The notes under the pieces are model-generated. The model did no database searches, was not told the origin of the DNA, and saw nothing but the letters and a program-made list of their open reading frames with translations. DNA of 64,000 bases. Origin: the human T2T-CHM13v2.0 reference genome, Homo sapiens. The translations under genes and the position numbers were made by a program. Location: assembly GCF_009914755.1 (NCBI RefSeq), contig NC_060927.1; one strand, written 5' to 3'. Each line of letters opens with the position of its first letter. Positions within the stretch are counted from its first letter, which is position 1. Of this stretch, positions 27,533-43,810 are shown in pieces.

Positions 27533-29009
27533 GTAGTCAAGACTTTACATGTGGATTTGTAATGGTAGCAAGCAAGGTCTCTTGCTATACTTTTTATTAT
27601 CAGTATAATTGGAATAATTTAGTTACACATTGAGGGCCAGTCTCAGGAGAACAAGCTTCTCCAGATTTCTTGTTTCTATATTTTTAGGAAGTGCCTTGAT
27701 AGGTGGAGGAGATAATGATTGTTAAAAAATTGAAAACAAGATTTATCTCTGATAAGGAAGCTTTGATCAGTAAGCCAAGTGTCAGATTACCTGAGTATAA
27801 TTATCAATGGCAAATCTCATTTTCAGCAACACAGCTTTTGGGCTAGATTTGCCATGATCCATATATACTGTGTTTTGTAACCTGGTAGTCAGGGTATATT
27901 CTTTATGTTGAAGAGGAAGAAGATAGAAGAGATGAAGATCATGGGATGCGGATTTGTCCTAGACTATGCTGTTCCTACTATCCAGAACAAAGTTGCAAAT
28001 AAGCAGTTTTTCTTATATGATGTATAATTTATTTCCCCTCATCATTATTCATTAAATTAGTGCCTTATATCATCACCAGTTAATTTTCCACAAACTAGGC
28101 TTGTTCTTTGAAAGTTAATTTACCAGTTAATTTCAAAATTCTTATTACAGGAAATGATTTTGTTTAATATAAAGTCTTGAGATTAGAAGAGAGTTTTTTT
28201 CCCTGGTGAAGGAAAATGCAAACATTGCAAAGAAATGTGGTTGTTTGGATGTTTTATTTGTGTTACGTCCTTTGCCTGCTTTCTTTGCAGGAAAGAAGCT
28301 CAGTGCCACTTAGTGTATTTTTCCTCTCAGAACACTTACACAGTTTTGTGATGTGAAGAAAGCCCTGGTTAAGGCTCAATGTGCTGGACTTCCTCACCCT
28401 TATGTTACAGTATCACCCTCAGTTTATAAACTAAAACAAAGGTCAGAGTTCCTTTTTCAAAGGATAAATAAAGAAATAGCATTGTCAAAATAAAGAGTCA
28501 AACCATCTGGTTATACATGAAATAAGAATTCTAAGATCTAAGGACATTTTCACATGCACATAGTTAGATGGTATAAAAAGAATACTTTTGAAGTGAATTT
28601 TGAGCTTCTAAAATAAACCTTTTCCTCTTAATTTCAAAAAGTAATGGTTGCTTATTCATTTATTAAATGAAGCAGGAATATAGCATTTCATTTGATTTAG
28701 AAAATAATTGTTTCATCATGGCAAATTATCACTTAGAGAAGAGGGGAGATAAAGACACACACACACAGAGGAAGTCAAAGGAGGCTCAGGTTTTTGATTT
28801 CATAAATCAACACACTCCCTTCATTTTCTCATTGCATTACTGGGCATCTTTTTTGTTCACTTAGTAGTTTTTACTAGATTTTCTTAGTGGCTTTCTCAGT
28901 TCAATATAGCTAATTTTTTATTCTTCTGCTCATGAAAAAATATTTTTCTCATTAGAAGAGTGATACATGCTCACCATTAAAATTAAGATGATATAGATAT
29001 GAAAAAGAA

Positions 29010-29516
29010 TATGGCTCATGGAGTAGAACTGGTATAATTAAAATGACCATACTGCCTAAAGCAGTCTACAGATTCAATGAAATTTCTTTCAAAATGTCAA
29101 TGTCATTTTTCACAGAAATAGAAAAAACTATCTTAAAATTTATATGGAACCAGAAAAGACCTCAAATAACCAAAGAAATCCTGAACAAAAAGAACAAAGC
29201 TGGAGACATCACACTACCTGACATCAAAATATATTACAAGGCAACCAGGTGTGGTGGCTCACACCTGTAATCCCAGCACTTGGGGAGCCCGAGGCAGGTG
29301 GAGCATTTGAGGTCAGGAGTTCAAGACCAGCCTGACCAACATGGTGAAACCCCATCTCTACTAAAAATACAAAATTAGCCGGGCATGGTGGTGGGCACCT
29401 GTAGTCCCAGCTACTCAGGAGGCTGAGGAGAATCATTGAACGGAGATGCAGGTTGCAGTGAGCTGAGATCATGCCACTGCACCCCAGCCTGGGCAACAGA
29501 GAGAGACTCCATCTAA

Positions 29517-29556
<40 letters not shown>

Positions 29557-31195
29557 TAACGTGTATATATAATGTATTTATACATAATGTATACACACAT
29601 ATATACATATTATGCACACACATACATATAACAAGGCTGTAAGAACCAAAACAGTATGGTACTGATATAAAAACAGGCACATAGACCAATGCTACAGAGT
29701 AGAGGATCCAGAAGTAAATTCACATATTTATGGCCAAATGATTATTGACAAAGGTGCCAAGAACATACACTGGGGAAAGGGCAGTCTCTTCAATAAAGAA
29801 TGCTGGGAAAATTGGATATCCATATGCAGAAGAATGAAACTGAACCCTCATCTCTGACCATATACAAAAATCAACTCAAGATGGATTAAAGAATTAAAGC
29901 CCCCAAACTATAAAACTATTGGAAGAAAACATATGGAAAACACTTCAGGGCATTGAACTAGGCAAAGATTTTACAGCTAAAATCACAAAAGCACAGACAA
30001 CAAAAAGAAAAATAGACAAATGATGCTATATTGAACTAAAAAGCTTTTGCACAGCAAAGGAGTCAACAGAGTGAAGAGACAACCTGTTGAATGGGAGAAG
30101 ATATTTGCAAACTCTCCATGTGACAGGGGACTAATATCCAGAATATATAAGGAATTTGAACATCTCAGCAGCAAAAAGACAGTCTGATTTAAAAAAGGGC
30201 AAATGATCTAAACAGATATTTTTCAAAAGAAGACATACAAATGGCCAACGGGCATATGAAAAAAATGTTTAACATCACTAATCATCAGGGAAATGTAAAT
30301 CAAAACCACAGCGAGATAGCATCTTAATCCAGTTAGGCTGACTATCATTAAAATGACAAAAAAAAAGACAGATTTTGGCAAGGATTCAGAGAAGAGGGAA
30401 CTCATACACTGTTGGTGGGAATGTAAATTAGTACAACTACTGTGGAAAACGGTATGGAGATTTAAAAAAAAAAACTTAAAAGGGGGTGGGGGAGAACTAA
30501 ATATAGCACTACCATAGGACCCAGCAGTCCCACCACTGGGTATTTATCCAAAGGAAAAGAAGTGTATCAAAGGGATACCTGCACTTGCATGTTTATTATG
30601 TCACTATTCACAATAGCCAAGATGTGGAATCAACCTACTGTCCATGAATAGATGAATGGATTAAAAAAAGTATATATATGGAATGTAATACTATTTGGCT
30701 GTAAAAAAGAATGAAACCATGTCATTTGTCACAACATGAATGGAATTAGAGATTATTATGTCAAGTGGAATTATACAGGCAGAGAAAGAACAAATATCCC
30801 ATGTTCTCACTCATTTGTAGGAGCTAAAAAAGTTGATCTTATGGAGGTTGAGAGTAGATTGATAGATACCAGAGGGTGAGAAAAAGATGTGGTTGAGAGG
30901 GGGAGATGAAGAAAGGTTGGTCAGTGGGTACAAACATGCAGTTAGATAGAAGGTATAAGTTCTAATGTTTGATAACAGAGTAGGGTGACTATAGTTAGCA
31001 ATAATGTATTAAGTATATTTTGAAGTTGCTGGAAGACAGAACTTGAAATGTTCTCAACACATAGAAATGATAAATACTCAAGGTAATAGGTTCCTCAAGT
31101 ATCCTGACTTGATCATTACACATTTTATGCATGTAACAAATTATCACACGCACCCCATAAATATACAAAATATTAAATGCCAATAAAGTTTTAAA
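29010..31195 (+). mobile_element. L1MA4-like ORF2 3' part and 3'UTR (sense to RNF13), interrupted by an Alu
   Basis: [12 protein letters not shown]...[10 protein letters not shown] peptide; 3'UTR cctgacttgatcattacaca...aataaa at 31182. Confidence 0.88.
29243..29630 (+). mobile_element. AluS (sense) whose A-tail extends into a (TA)/(CA) microsatellite
   Basis: Full dimer; TSD acaaggc on both sides. Confidence 0.92.
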
Positions 31196-32544
31196 AGAAT
31201 ATGAAAATCATACATAATTCTACAATTAAAGATTATAATGGTAGATGTTTGGGTACAACTGTGTGAACTTATGTAGACACATTCATGCCTTCATTTTATG
31301 CACTTATATGTGTTATTTTGCAACTTAAAAAAATTGGCAATATGTTGGATGGCATATCCAATATCATGGATATCTTCCCATATAAAAATCTATACATTCA
31401 TATCATCATTCAAAATTATACAATTTATTATAGTACTTAAATTACACCATAATGTAACCAATCCCTTGTGTCATTGGACATTTAGATTGCTTTCACTTTT
31501 TAAAAATGGAAATATTTCAAGCATAGACTAGAGTATGAGAATAACAGAGCATCCTGTATATCTGCTACCTAGAGGTTAATATTTTACTATTTTTTTGAAA
31601 GAAGAAATAAAATATTACAGATACTACTGAAACATCCTTTTTATCCTACCATATTCTGTTCCCTTACCTCGCTCCTTATAGATGATCATTATCCTGAAAC
31701 TTATGTGTATCTTTCCTATTTATGTTATAAAACATACATATATATATTTTTTCTACCATATATGCATCTATAAACATTGTGCTTCCATTTAAATTTTCTT
31801 TGCTGTGGTTTTAAAACTTGCTTTTCCATCTAACACTATATTTGAAATTTTTGTTATTACATATTCCTAATTCATTTTAACTGTTGCATACTGCATTTTA
31901 TGAATATGCCACAATTTATTTTTTCATTCATTTGCTGGTAGATGCCAGTTTTTTACTTTCTTTTTTAGTGAACATCTTTTAAATATGTCTCCTTGTATAT
32001 ATTATAACTAGATGCCAATTCACACTCATCAAATTAGTAAAAGTAGGAGTCTAACAATATCCACAACTGGCAAGGATGTGAAACCAGGTACTTTTATATA
32101 CTGCTGGTATAAAAGAATGTCCAGCCACTTTGATGAGTTTAGTAATATCTCCCTTCTTCTGTAAGTGATAAGTAATAAAATAATTCATTATATTTTACAT
32201 TTGATATATTCCCTGTTTCATGAAATAAATGAATGAGTAATCGTCACCTTTGAAATTAACAGAATAACTAATGGCAATGACAGTACCCTTATTAAGGTAT
32301 TGTAATTGTTCTCCCTACTTTTGTTTGCCTGCACTATCCCTTCTTGCCAGTTGCCATTCTCTTTGAATTCTGAATACTGAAATAATTCCTCTAGTTAGGA
32401 TCTGACCATTTCCATCATTATGATCCCTTTAATCAGATTGATAAGCAAATTGTATCAACTTTAATTAACCAGGTTGTGTTCAACTATAAACTGAGTTATA
32501 ATGACAAATTGCAAATGGCAAGTGCTGTGGTAAGTAATGAATGA

Positions 32545-32936
<392 letters not shown>

Positions 32937-33263
32937 TACATTTGTTCATAATACTAAAGGAGAATTTTTCTGATGCCTGTTAAGTTTTCATGGATTTACT
33001 TTTTGTATTTGTTTCTGAACTCTTGCTGTCAAAGATTTTGTTAAGAATTCTGTAGTTATTACATTTAACCTCTTTATGTTTTTACAGGATTTGTCAAATA
33101 CTATAGAATATGAATTATGCATAAATATTCTTTACTGGGTTGTACTGATTATATGGCAATTGTAGAGGACATGGATTGCTAGTGTAAGCACAATCCACTT
33201 AGAATTCTTGTTTTTAGAGAAATTATTTTGTTGCATGTAGCTGGAATGGCAATGTTTGATTGG

Positions 33264-33299
<36 letters not shown>

Positions 33300-33333
33300 G
33301 ATGATGTGGTTGTAGTATTAGTATGAATGTAAC

Positions 33334-33749
33334 TACCATAGTTTGGATATTTGATCCTTATGTTGAAATCTGATCCCTAGTGTTGGAGGTAAGGCACAAT
33401 GGGAGGATGTTTGGGTCAGGGAAGTGGATCCCTCATGAATGGCTTGGTGACTTCTGCTGTAATGAATGAATTCTCACTCTTAGTTCCTGTACGAGCTAGT
33501 TGTTCAAGAGTCTGGCCCCTCTCTTCTCCTCTTTCATCATGTGATCTCTTCTCACACAGGCTCCCCTTCACCTTCCACTATGCATGAGTGGAAGCAGGCC
33601 ATCAGAAACAGATGCTGGTGCCATGCCTTTTGTGTGTGTGTGTATGTGTGCTTTCTTGTATAGCCTGCAGAACTATGAGCCAAATAAACCTCTTTACAAA
33701 TTACCCAGCCTCAGGTATTCCTTTATAGCAGTATAAACGCACCAAGACA
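33334..33749 (+). mobile_element. MSTC/MSTB-like solo LTR
   Basis: Perfect 5-bp TSD gtaac (33329-33333 / 33750-33754). Confidence 0.88.
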
Positions 33750-34580
33750 GTAACGTATCAATTAAAAGGCATTGTCCTCCAGAGCGCACATTCATTTTGT
33801 TTTCTAAAATGTCAAGGTATCATATCCATTGAGTGAACACACATTATCTGTGTGTACCAAATGAGAGGCACACACCAGATGACCTTTTCTTCACAGAGCT
33901 GGAATATCATAAAATCAAAATCCTGACAAATCAGTACTGTGTTAAGTAAAACAAAACTGAAGGTTATAGTCATTAAATGTTTGCCAATTATGCTATTGTT
34001 ATTGAGAACTAAATTTGATAAAGACAAAAAGAATGTCAACTGGATCTTTTATGATTTCCCTTTGCTTAAATCTCTCCATATCAGCTCAAATAAAAAAGAA
34101 ATTATTGATCATATTTCCTAGCTTTATTCTGGACACTATGATTTGTTGCCATCCCTCCCTCCTTTTTTCTTTTAATGTCGAGGTCACTAGCAAACTATTT
34201 ATGTCTGCAGATTAATTTGAAGTAGTAAACTTTGGGAGAAGATATTTATTAATTTATATGTAAATGAAATTTTATTTGCAATCAGGTTATTCTGATGATA
34301 TAAAGAAAGGTATAGTGGATGTTTAATAAGATATATTGTATTTAGATGGGACAACCAAAATTCCAAAACCAAGAGAAGAAAAATTAGGCATTTGGAGTAT
34401 ATTTCTCCTTAACCAGTGTGATCTAAGAAATAAAAAAAAATAAAAACAAGCATCTCCATAAAAGTGTCTTTTCTGGCTGTCTGCAGAAGTGGTACTTATC
34501 AATGGTTACAGTAGACTGGAGCCTGTGCAAAGGGGCTAACCCTTTCAACACATTCATGAAACTTCTTTCTAGATGTTTTG

Positions 34581-34583
<3 letters not shown>

Positions 34584-34611
<28 letters not shown>
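34584..34611. repeat. (AT)n microsatellite
   Basis: Directly visible. Confidence 0.95.
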
Positions 34612-34615
<4 letters not shown>

Positions 34616-34734
34616 AAAACAGACATTATATTTGTTGTAATAATCATCACCATTAATAGTAAAAGCAGGAATATTTAAGATATAACCTCAAAAGCTGTCT
34701 TGTTCATTGACCAGCCCTATACCCTCCTGTTTCG

Positions 34735-35040
<306 letters not shown>

Positions 35041-35072
35041 TGAAATCTTTATGCTTTTTTGATATAAGCGTT

Positions 35073-35926
35073 TGTTACAGGAAAGGGGTCCCGATCTAGA
35101 CCCCAAGAGAGAGTTCTTGGATCTCGTGCAAGAAAGAATTCAGGGTGAGTCTATAGAGTAAAGTGAAAGCAAGTTTATTAGGAAAATAAGGGAATAAAAA
35201 AATGGCTACCCCGTAGACAGAGCAGCCCAGAGGGCTCCTGGTTGGCCATTTTTATGATTATTTCTTGATGATATGCTAAACAAGGGGTGGGATTATTTCT
35301 GCCTTCCCTTTTTAGACCATATAGGGTAATTTCCTGATGTCATGACATCTATAAACTGTCATGGCACTGGTAGTGTTATAGGAAAGGGATCCTGATCCAG
35401 ACCCCAAGAGAGGGTCGTTGGATCTCACACAAGAAAGAATTCAGGACAAGTCTGCAGTGCAAAGTGAAAGCAAGTTTATTAAGAAAGTAAAGGAATAAAA
35501 GAATGACTACTCCATAGACAGAACAGCCTGGAGGGCTGCTGGTTGCCCATTTTTATGATTATTTCTTGATGATATGCTAAACAAGGGGTAGATTATTTAT
35601 GCCTCCCCTTTTTAGACCATATGGGTAACTTCCTGAAGTTGCCGTGGCATTTGTAAAGTGTCATGGCGCTGGTGGGAGTGTAGCAGTGAGGAAGACCAGA
35701 GGTCACTCACGTCACCATCTTGGTTTTGGTGGATTTTAGCTGACTTCTTTATTGTAACCTATTTTATCAGCAAGGTCTTTATGACCTGTGTCTAGTGCTG
35801 ACCTCTTATCTCATTCTGTGACTTAGAATGCTTTAACCATCTGGGAGTGCAGCCTAGTAGGTCTCAGTCTCATTTTACCCAGCTCCTATTCAAGATGGAG
35901 TTGATCTGGTTCAGACACCTCTGACA
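35073..35926 (-). mobile_element. MER41A (ERV1 LTR): full LTR 35374-35926 plus a second copy of its 3' 300 nt at 35073-35373
   Basis: Termini tgtcagagg... / ...cctttcctgtaaca on the minus strand; 4-bp TSD cgtt/tgtt around the whole unit. Confidence 0.9.
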
Positions 35927-36456
35927 TGTTTATTACTATAAACTTCCCTCTTAATACTGCTTTTGCTGTATCCCATATATTTTAGTATGTAGTAGTTTCA
36001 TTTTCATTTGTTTCAGGAAATTTTAAATTTCTTTTCTTAATTTCTTTATTCACCCATTGGTTATTCAGGAACATTTTGTTTACTTGCCATGTATTTGTGA
36101 AGTTTCCAAGGTTCTTCTTGTTATTGTAGTCTATTGTGGCCAGAAAAGATAGTGGTATGATTGCTACTTTTTGAATTTTTCACACTTGTTTTGTGGCCTA
36201 AGATATGGTATATTCTGAAAATGTTCCATGTGCTGATAAAAATAATGTCTTTTCTATAACTGTTGGGTGAGATGTTCTGTAAATGTCAGGACTTTTCGGT
36301 TATTGATTCTTTGTTGATTTTCTGTCTGGATGATCTGTACATTTCTGAAAGTGGTATGCTAAAGTTCCCTACTATTATTGTATTGTAGTCTCTCTCTCCC
36401 TTTGGATCTGTTTATGTTTGCTGCATATGCTTGGCTGCCCCATATTGGGTGCATAA

Positions 36457-36824
<368 letters not shown>

Positions 36825-37754
36825 TCTTGTCTCTTTTTACACTGTTTGATGATTTGTAGTCTGTTTTATCTGATGTAAGTATAGCTACTACTGGAATTTC
36901 ATTTTTCACTCTTCACTTTTGGACTATGTGTATCTTTATAGGTGAAGTGGTTTTTTTGTAAGCAGCATTGTATTGGGTCTTGTTTCTTTATCCATCCAGC
37001 CATTCTGTGCCTTTTAATTGGAGAATGGATTCCATTTACATTTAGTGTTATTGATGAGTTAGGACTTTTACTGCCATTTTGTTGATTGTTTTTTGTATTG
37101 TAATTTTTCTCTTCCTTTCTTACTGTCTTCCTTTGTGGTTATTTTCTTTGATAGTACTTTTTAATTCGTTGCTTTTTATTTTTAGTGAATCTGTTACAGG
37201 TTTTTGCATTGTCATTACTATGAGGCTTACAAAGCCATCTTATAACAAGTAATTTAAAGGGTGACATTTTAAGTGACATAGAAAAGAATAGAAACAAAGG
37301 AAAATGAAAAAAAATCTTCTACACTTTAACTGTGTCCCTCATATTTTGGCTTTTAGTTGTCTCAGTTCACATATTTTTATATTACCTATCTCTTACTATG
37401 TTGCTGTAGCTATAATTTTTTTTGTTTTTCTTTTTTTAAACAATTGTTTTAAATAGATTTGTCTTCTGGACATAGCTAGAGTTATGGGTGGATTGCACAC
37501 CACAATTATGGTGTGAGTATTCTGGGTTTGTCTATGTACTTAATTGTACCAGTGCGTTTTAGACCTTCAACTATTTTTTTTTAATTTTAGCACATTAGTC
37601 TTTATTCTTTCAGATTAAATAATTTTTCTTAGCATTTCTTGTAAGACAGGCCTGGTGGTGGTAAACTCTCTCAACTTTTGTTTATCTGGGAAAAACTTTG
37701 TTTCTTATTATTTGAAGGATAACTTTACTGGATTTGGTATTCTTGGATGATAGG

Positions 37755-37921
37755 TTTCCTTTCTTCCTCCCTGCCTCCCTCCCTTCCCTTTTTCCTTTCT
37801 GCTCCTCTTTATTCCGATCCTCTCCACTCCTCTCCTCCCCTCCCCTTTCCTCCCAACCCTTCTCCTTCCCTCTCCTTTCCCTTTCTGTTCTTTCCTTTCT
37901 TTCTCTCTCTCTCTTTCTCTT
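37755..37921. repeat. Polypyrimidine (CT-rich) low-complexity tract
   Basis: ~165 nt, almost purely C/T. Confidence 0.92.
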
Positions 37922-38583
37922 GTTATTCCACTCCCTCCTGGCTTGTATTGTTTTTCAATGAAAAGTCTGTTGCCAGATGAATTGGAACTCCTTTGTATAT
38001 CATTTTCTTCTTTTTTCTTGCTGCATTTAGGATCCTCTCTTTGTCCTTGACCTTTGAGAGTTTGATTAGTGTATGTCTTGGGGTAGTCTTATTTGGGTCA
38101 AATCTGTTTGTTCTCTGACCTTCCTGTAGCTGGTTATTTACATCTTTCTCAAGTTTTGGAAAGTTTTTTATTATTTTTTTGAATAAGCTTTCTATACCTT
38201 ACTTTTGCTCAGCTCCCTCTTGAACACAATAATTCTTAGAGTTAGTCTTTTGAGGTAATTTTCTTTATCTTGTAGGAGATCTTTATTGCTTTTCACTCTT
38301 TTCTTTTTTCTCTTCTGTGTACTTAAAAAATAGGCTGTCTTTGACTTGGCTGATTCTTTCTTCTCCTTGATCCATTCTGATGTTGAGAGCCTTTAATGAA
38401 TTTTTCAGGTCAGCAGATGTATTTCTCAGTTCCAAAATTTGTTTGATTTAAACAAAATTATTTCAATTTTCTGGTTAAAATTTTCTGATAAATTTCTGAA
38501 TTTCTTTTCTGTGTTATCTTGGAGATCACTGAGTTTCCTTAAAACTACTATTTTGAATTCTTGGTTAAAAAGTTCACATATTA

Positions 38584-39002
<419 letters not shown>

Positions 39003-39829
39003 TTAGTTATTTATTCTGTTCTTCTCTGTCTGGCTTGTTTTGGTTTCTATTGGATGTATTTGGTTAGAGGTTATTTACTGCTAGGTTACTGCCTCCTTTT
39101 TGGCTATAGGTGATGCCTTAAGCTTAGGTTCACCTTGGCTCTAGTAAATTATCAAAATGCTGCCCTTCCCAAAGGGGCAGTTCCCAACAGGGATATCTTG
39201 GCACTGTGGGAAGGCTGACTGTGGAGGTTCATGCCCAGTGGACCTGTGGGACAAACCTACTGTATGGTGCTACTGAATAGCTACTGTGATTTGGCATCTC
39301 CTTTGGTAGAATTACAAAGGAGGGCTCTCCTTTCCAGGGCTAGGGATTGTAGTCCTGCTTCCCCTCTTAGTCTCTATCTACCTCATGGATATTTCTCCCT
39401 TCAGGTACTTGTGATGCTTTCTGTGGGTTAAGGAAGGGACAAATCTCCTCCTAGGGAACCCAAGATAGTGGGCAATCTGGTTCCACTTTGGTCTTACTTT
39501 TCCAGTGTAGAAACAGTGAGTTGGAGGGAAATTTTCCTTGCAGTTGGTGCTCGGCAAAATGGGGGGAGGGGCATAGTAGATGTGGAAGTCTGATTCTCTG
39601 TCTGCTGGGAGTTTTTTTTACTTCTCTGTGGCCCTGGGAATGATCTCTCCTTATATTTGAGTTCTAGCTTATTTCTGGCCGTAATCTCATTGCTGTACAT
39701 TTGTTTTTCTTTTTCTATGGGGGGAGTCAAACCAGCTTGCTTCTGCATCATCATTTTGGAGCTGGAAGCCAACCTATATGGCTTGAGTTTAATTGCTGTA
39801 ATAATCATGTTGAAAAATATTTCCTACAC

Positions 39830-40170
39830 TATATGATTTAGCATTGGAGCAAAAACTTAGTGTTTGCAGAAAGGCACTCAGAGCAGGATGCAAATTTAAC
39901 AAGAATAAAGCAAATATTCATCATTGGAAGGATGACCACAGTTGTACTTCGTTGCAAAACAAAAACCGAGTGCTTTATGGGATTAAGAAGAGGAGCTATT
40001 ATATGAGCAAATGAAAGAGTGATACATTTTATACCCAAGATATGTACAAACACTTTCCATATCACAAGCTGAGCAATATAATTTCAGGGAGGAGAAATTG
40101 CCAAATCCTGTGGAATAGATGATTGGTGTGACCAGTTCAGGACCATACAGAACTGTTGTTAAGGCATTGT
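39830..40170 (+). mobile_element. Ancient TcMar-Tigger (Tigger13a-like) transposase fragment
   Basis: aagcaaatattcatcattggaaggatgaccac...gtgctttatggga...ggagaaattgccaaatcc...ggaatagatga match my recall of this family. Confidence 0.6.
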
Positions 40171-40261
40171 CTCATAGCTTTAATTGCCTCCTTCCTTTAT
40201 AAATGAAATCAGTGAATTTGATCATCTTTTTATGTGTTTATTCACTTTTTACAAAAGATAG

Positions 40262-40730
<469 letters not shown>

Positions 40731-41287
40731 TAAATGGCTGCATTATTTTCCTATTGTATAAATATACTATAATTGTTTAAATAGTTACCTTGTGGATATG
40801 CATGATTTCCAGTTTTTGCTATTAAAAATAATGTACCAATGACTGTCTTTCCACATACACCTTACATACTCAGGCTAGCATTTCTGCAGAATAAATTTCT
40901 AGAAATTTATTTATTATGTGCATTTCATTGTCTGCTAACATGAAAGAAAGTTAATTTTTAAGACATATTTGCTTGGTTTGAAAATGTCAAATATTGTTCG
41001 AAAATATACCAGTGGTTGTCTTTGGGGTGATTGGCTTATGCCTGAGTTTGCTTATTATTATTATTTTTTTAACTTCAATACAAAAGATAGAACTTATTTT
41101 AGAAAACTAAATGCTTGTGAAAGCAAATGCTGCTTTAGAAGTTCCGTGACTGTGAGCAATTTTACATGCCCAATGATACATCTAGCATAATGCAAAACAC
41201 ATGACAAATCGAAAAGATATTTGTAGAAGTAAGTTGATTGATTTACTGAGTGAAACAGAGAGATAATTTTTACCAATTCTTTTTCAG

Positions 41288-41413
41288 GGTTTTTTGATTA
41301 ACTCAAAACCAGAGAATGCCTGTGAACCCATAGTGCCTCCACCAGTAAAAGACAATTCATCTGGCACTTTCATCGTGTTAATTAGAAGACTTGATTGTAA
41401 TTTTGATATAAAG
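41288..41413 (+). CDS. RNF13: RNF13 third coding exon, 126 nt, phase 0/0; GFLINSKPENACEPIVPPPVKDNSSGTFIVLIRRLDCNFDIK (PA domain)
   Basis: ttctttttcag|GGT acceptor and AAG|gtatga donor; PA-domain motifs P-x-N-A-C and LIRR-x-DC-x-F-x-x-K; NSS glycosylation sequon. Confidence 0.97.
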
Positions 41414-43569
41414 GTATGATTATCTTTTTTCATTTTTTGTTTCCTATTTGTTCAGTTAGCTAATTTAAATCATTTACATCCTCCCTTGTTTCAGAAAACA
41501 TTTAAAATTTAAAATCCAGTAAGATTGAAAATAAACTGGATTCATAGAATAGAAATAATGTTTACTGGTTCTAAGAATTTTCAGGCATTTGTTGGACATC
41601 TTGAACTGTGGTTTAACAGTGGAATGTTACTTGATCTCATCTAGGAATGAAAACTTAACTTCAGCCTTTAGTTTTATGCTTTTACCCTTCCAGTATCAAT
41701 CTCAAACCTACATCTATACCTGTGTCTACATTGTCATTGAGGTTTCTCTTTTGTAATAAGTTAAATCTGCCCCTGTGTAAAGTTTTTTCTCTCTGACATG
41801 GGTTAAGCTAGCATTTCAGATAGTAAAACAAGGTTTACCCACCTCCGTCACCATATATCACCAGTGCTGCTCTAGGTGTATGGTTTTTTAAAGTCTGTTT
41901 TGGGATTGGCATTGGCAAAGGAGCCACATTGAGGCCTATGTAAAATAAACCTTGATGTAACTGTTACTGGACTACCTCAGAGCTGAGTGTCATATAGTGT
42001 CTTGCATGTATCTCCCAGAATAGGACATGGGCTATTATTTCATGTCACTTGGTCTTAGATAATTTGTCCGTTCAGCAAGAAAAACCGCCCTGTCATGCTG
42101 TGCATGAATTTTCTCTGCAATTTTGATTGCATGGAAGAAATGATACCTCCATAGTAAACTTATGAGAGGAATAAAATAATATAAAGGGATTTGAAAATGT
42201 ATAGTACTGTATAAATGATAGTTATTGTTACTACTTTATGTTAGTTCCAAATATAGACTCTCAATTGCCTTTAAATGGGAATAAATTAGAGCTTGAAGTC
42301 AAAGTAGTAGACTTCCTGCTCCTCAGAGTTGTTTATGATAGTTTAAATTTAACTGTTTTATCCAGAACTAAACTATAATAATTACAGGTTGCTTCAGTTA
42401 AAATTAAATGTTATTGTAATGTTTCATTAATTTCTTGCTGCTAAGAAATTAAAAGTAAACTAATTCTATTGATCCCAAGGTTTACTACACTATTATGCTA
42501 TGTAATTTCTGGACTCGGTACAGTCTGATAATTAGAAACTAGAATACTTTTTTGCTGTTGTTATAACTTTCCTTTATAGGCAGGGATGGCAGATGGTACA
42601 CTTTGAAAATTAGGGAAATACTGTTATTGAATATCTGTTTTTGAAGATGAAACCACAGCTCAGGAATGAATACAGTAGGCTTGTTAGCCTTCTTGTCCCT
42701 TTAGTGGATCCTCATCATGAGTCTGAGTACTTCTAAAGGAGTTTAATGATTTAGTCATTACTCCAGCTCATCTCTTTTCACTGCTTGCCTTGAATTTTAT
42801 GTTGCAGCCATACTGCCTACCTGAACTCTCTCAACTGGCTGTGCCATGCTGATCATACATTTGTGCCTTTACATGTACTATTTTCTCTGTCCAAGATCTC
42901 TGTCTCCAGTGATCTTTACCACCCATTTATCTGTCTCATCGGTTACATGCTAGCTGAGGATGTTACCTCCTCAGGGAGCCTTACTTTTCTTTCTACTTCC
43001 TCTGTTGCAGTGCAGACCATTCCAGCTCAATGTGCCACCCTTCCACTTTGTAAATACTTCCTTCATTGCTTTTTATCACATTGTTGTTACTTTTTATTGA
43101 ATATATATATCTCACTTATTTGTGAATTGATGGTGTTTAGAATTCATGTTTTAGTCATATTTATGTATCCAATTTGTATTATAGTGTGTGGTAATCAATA
43201 AAGACTTATTAAATGAAGCTGTGTAATAGTCTTTTGCTTATGTGTCTAATATATTCTTGAAAAACATGTACATATGAAAAACATGGAAGAAGTTTTCAGT
43301 TGAGCCATTCTAATGTTAGACAGGGAAATGTTAAAAAAATTCTCATTGTACTTTACCATGTAGGCACAGTTTTTATGAATAAGGGTCTAGTCTGTTGTAC
43401 ATGTTCTTTAACTTGGTTATTTTTTCCTCCATAAATACACAGTGGAGTATATTCTGGCCATTTAAGGCTAAAGATTCCTTACTTATGTCATTCCTAATGA
43501 TTTCTGTCTTTGTCAGAGTTGTATAAATTTCTGGAACATCAGTTTATAGGGGAGACACAATGATTATAA

Positions 43570-43810
43570 TCAAGGTCTGGAAACAGACTGTATACATTTC
43601 AATCTCATCTTTATTATTTACTAGCAGTATGATCTTGGACAAGTTATTTTACCTCTGTGTGCCTCAATTTCCTTATCTGTAAAATAAGAATTATAATGTT
43701 CCCTATATGATAGGATTGTTGGGAGGATCAAATGAACTAATCAATGTTAAATGCCTACCAAACAGCACCTTGCACACAGGAAGGAGGCAAGTGGGTCTTA
43801 GCTGTTGATG
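43570..43810 (+). mobile_element. MIR
   Basis: gatcttggacaagttattttacctctgtgtgcctcaatttccttatctgtaaaat core. Confidence 0.8.

Noticed and set aside
31182-31187. Sense L1 AATAAA as an intronic polyadenylation site yielding a secreted RNF13 fragment
   Set aside because: AATAAA is frequent in this AT-rich intron and nothing in the sequence singles this one out; 3'-end sequencing would be needed
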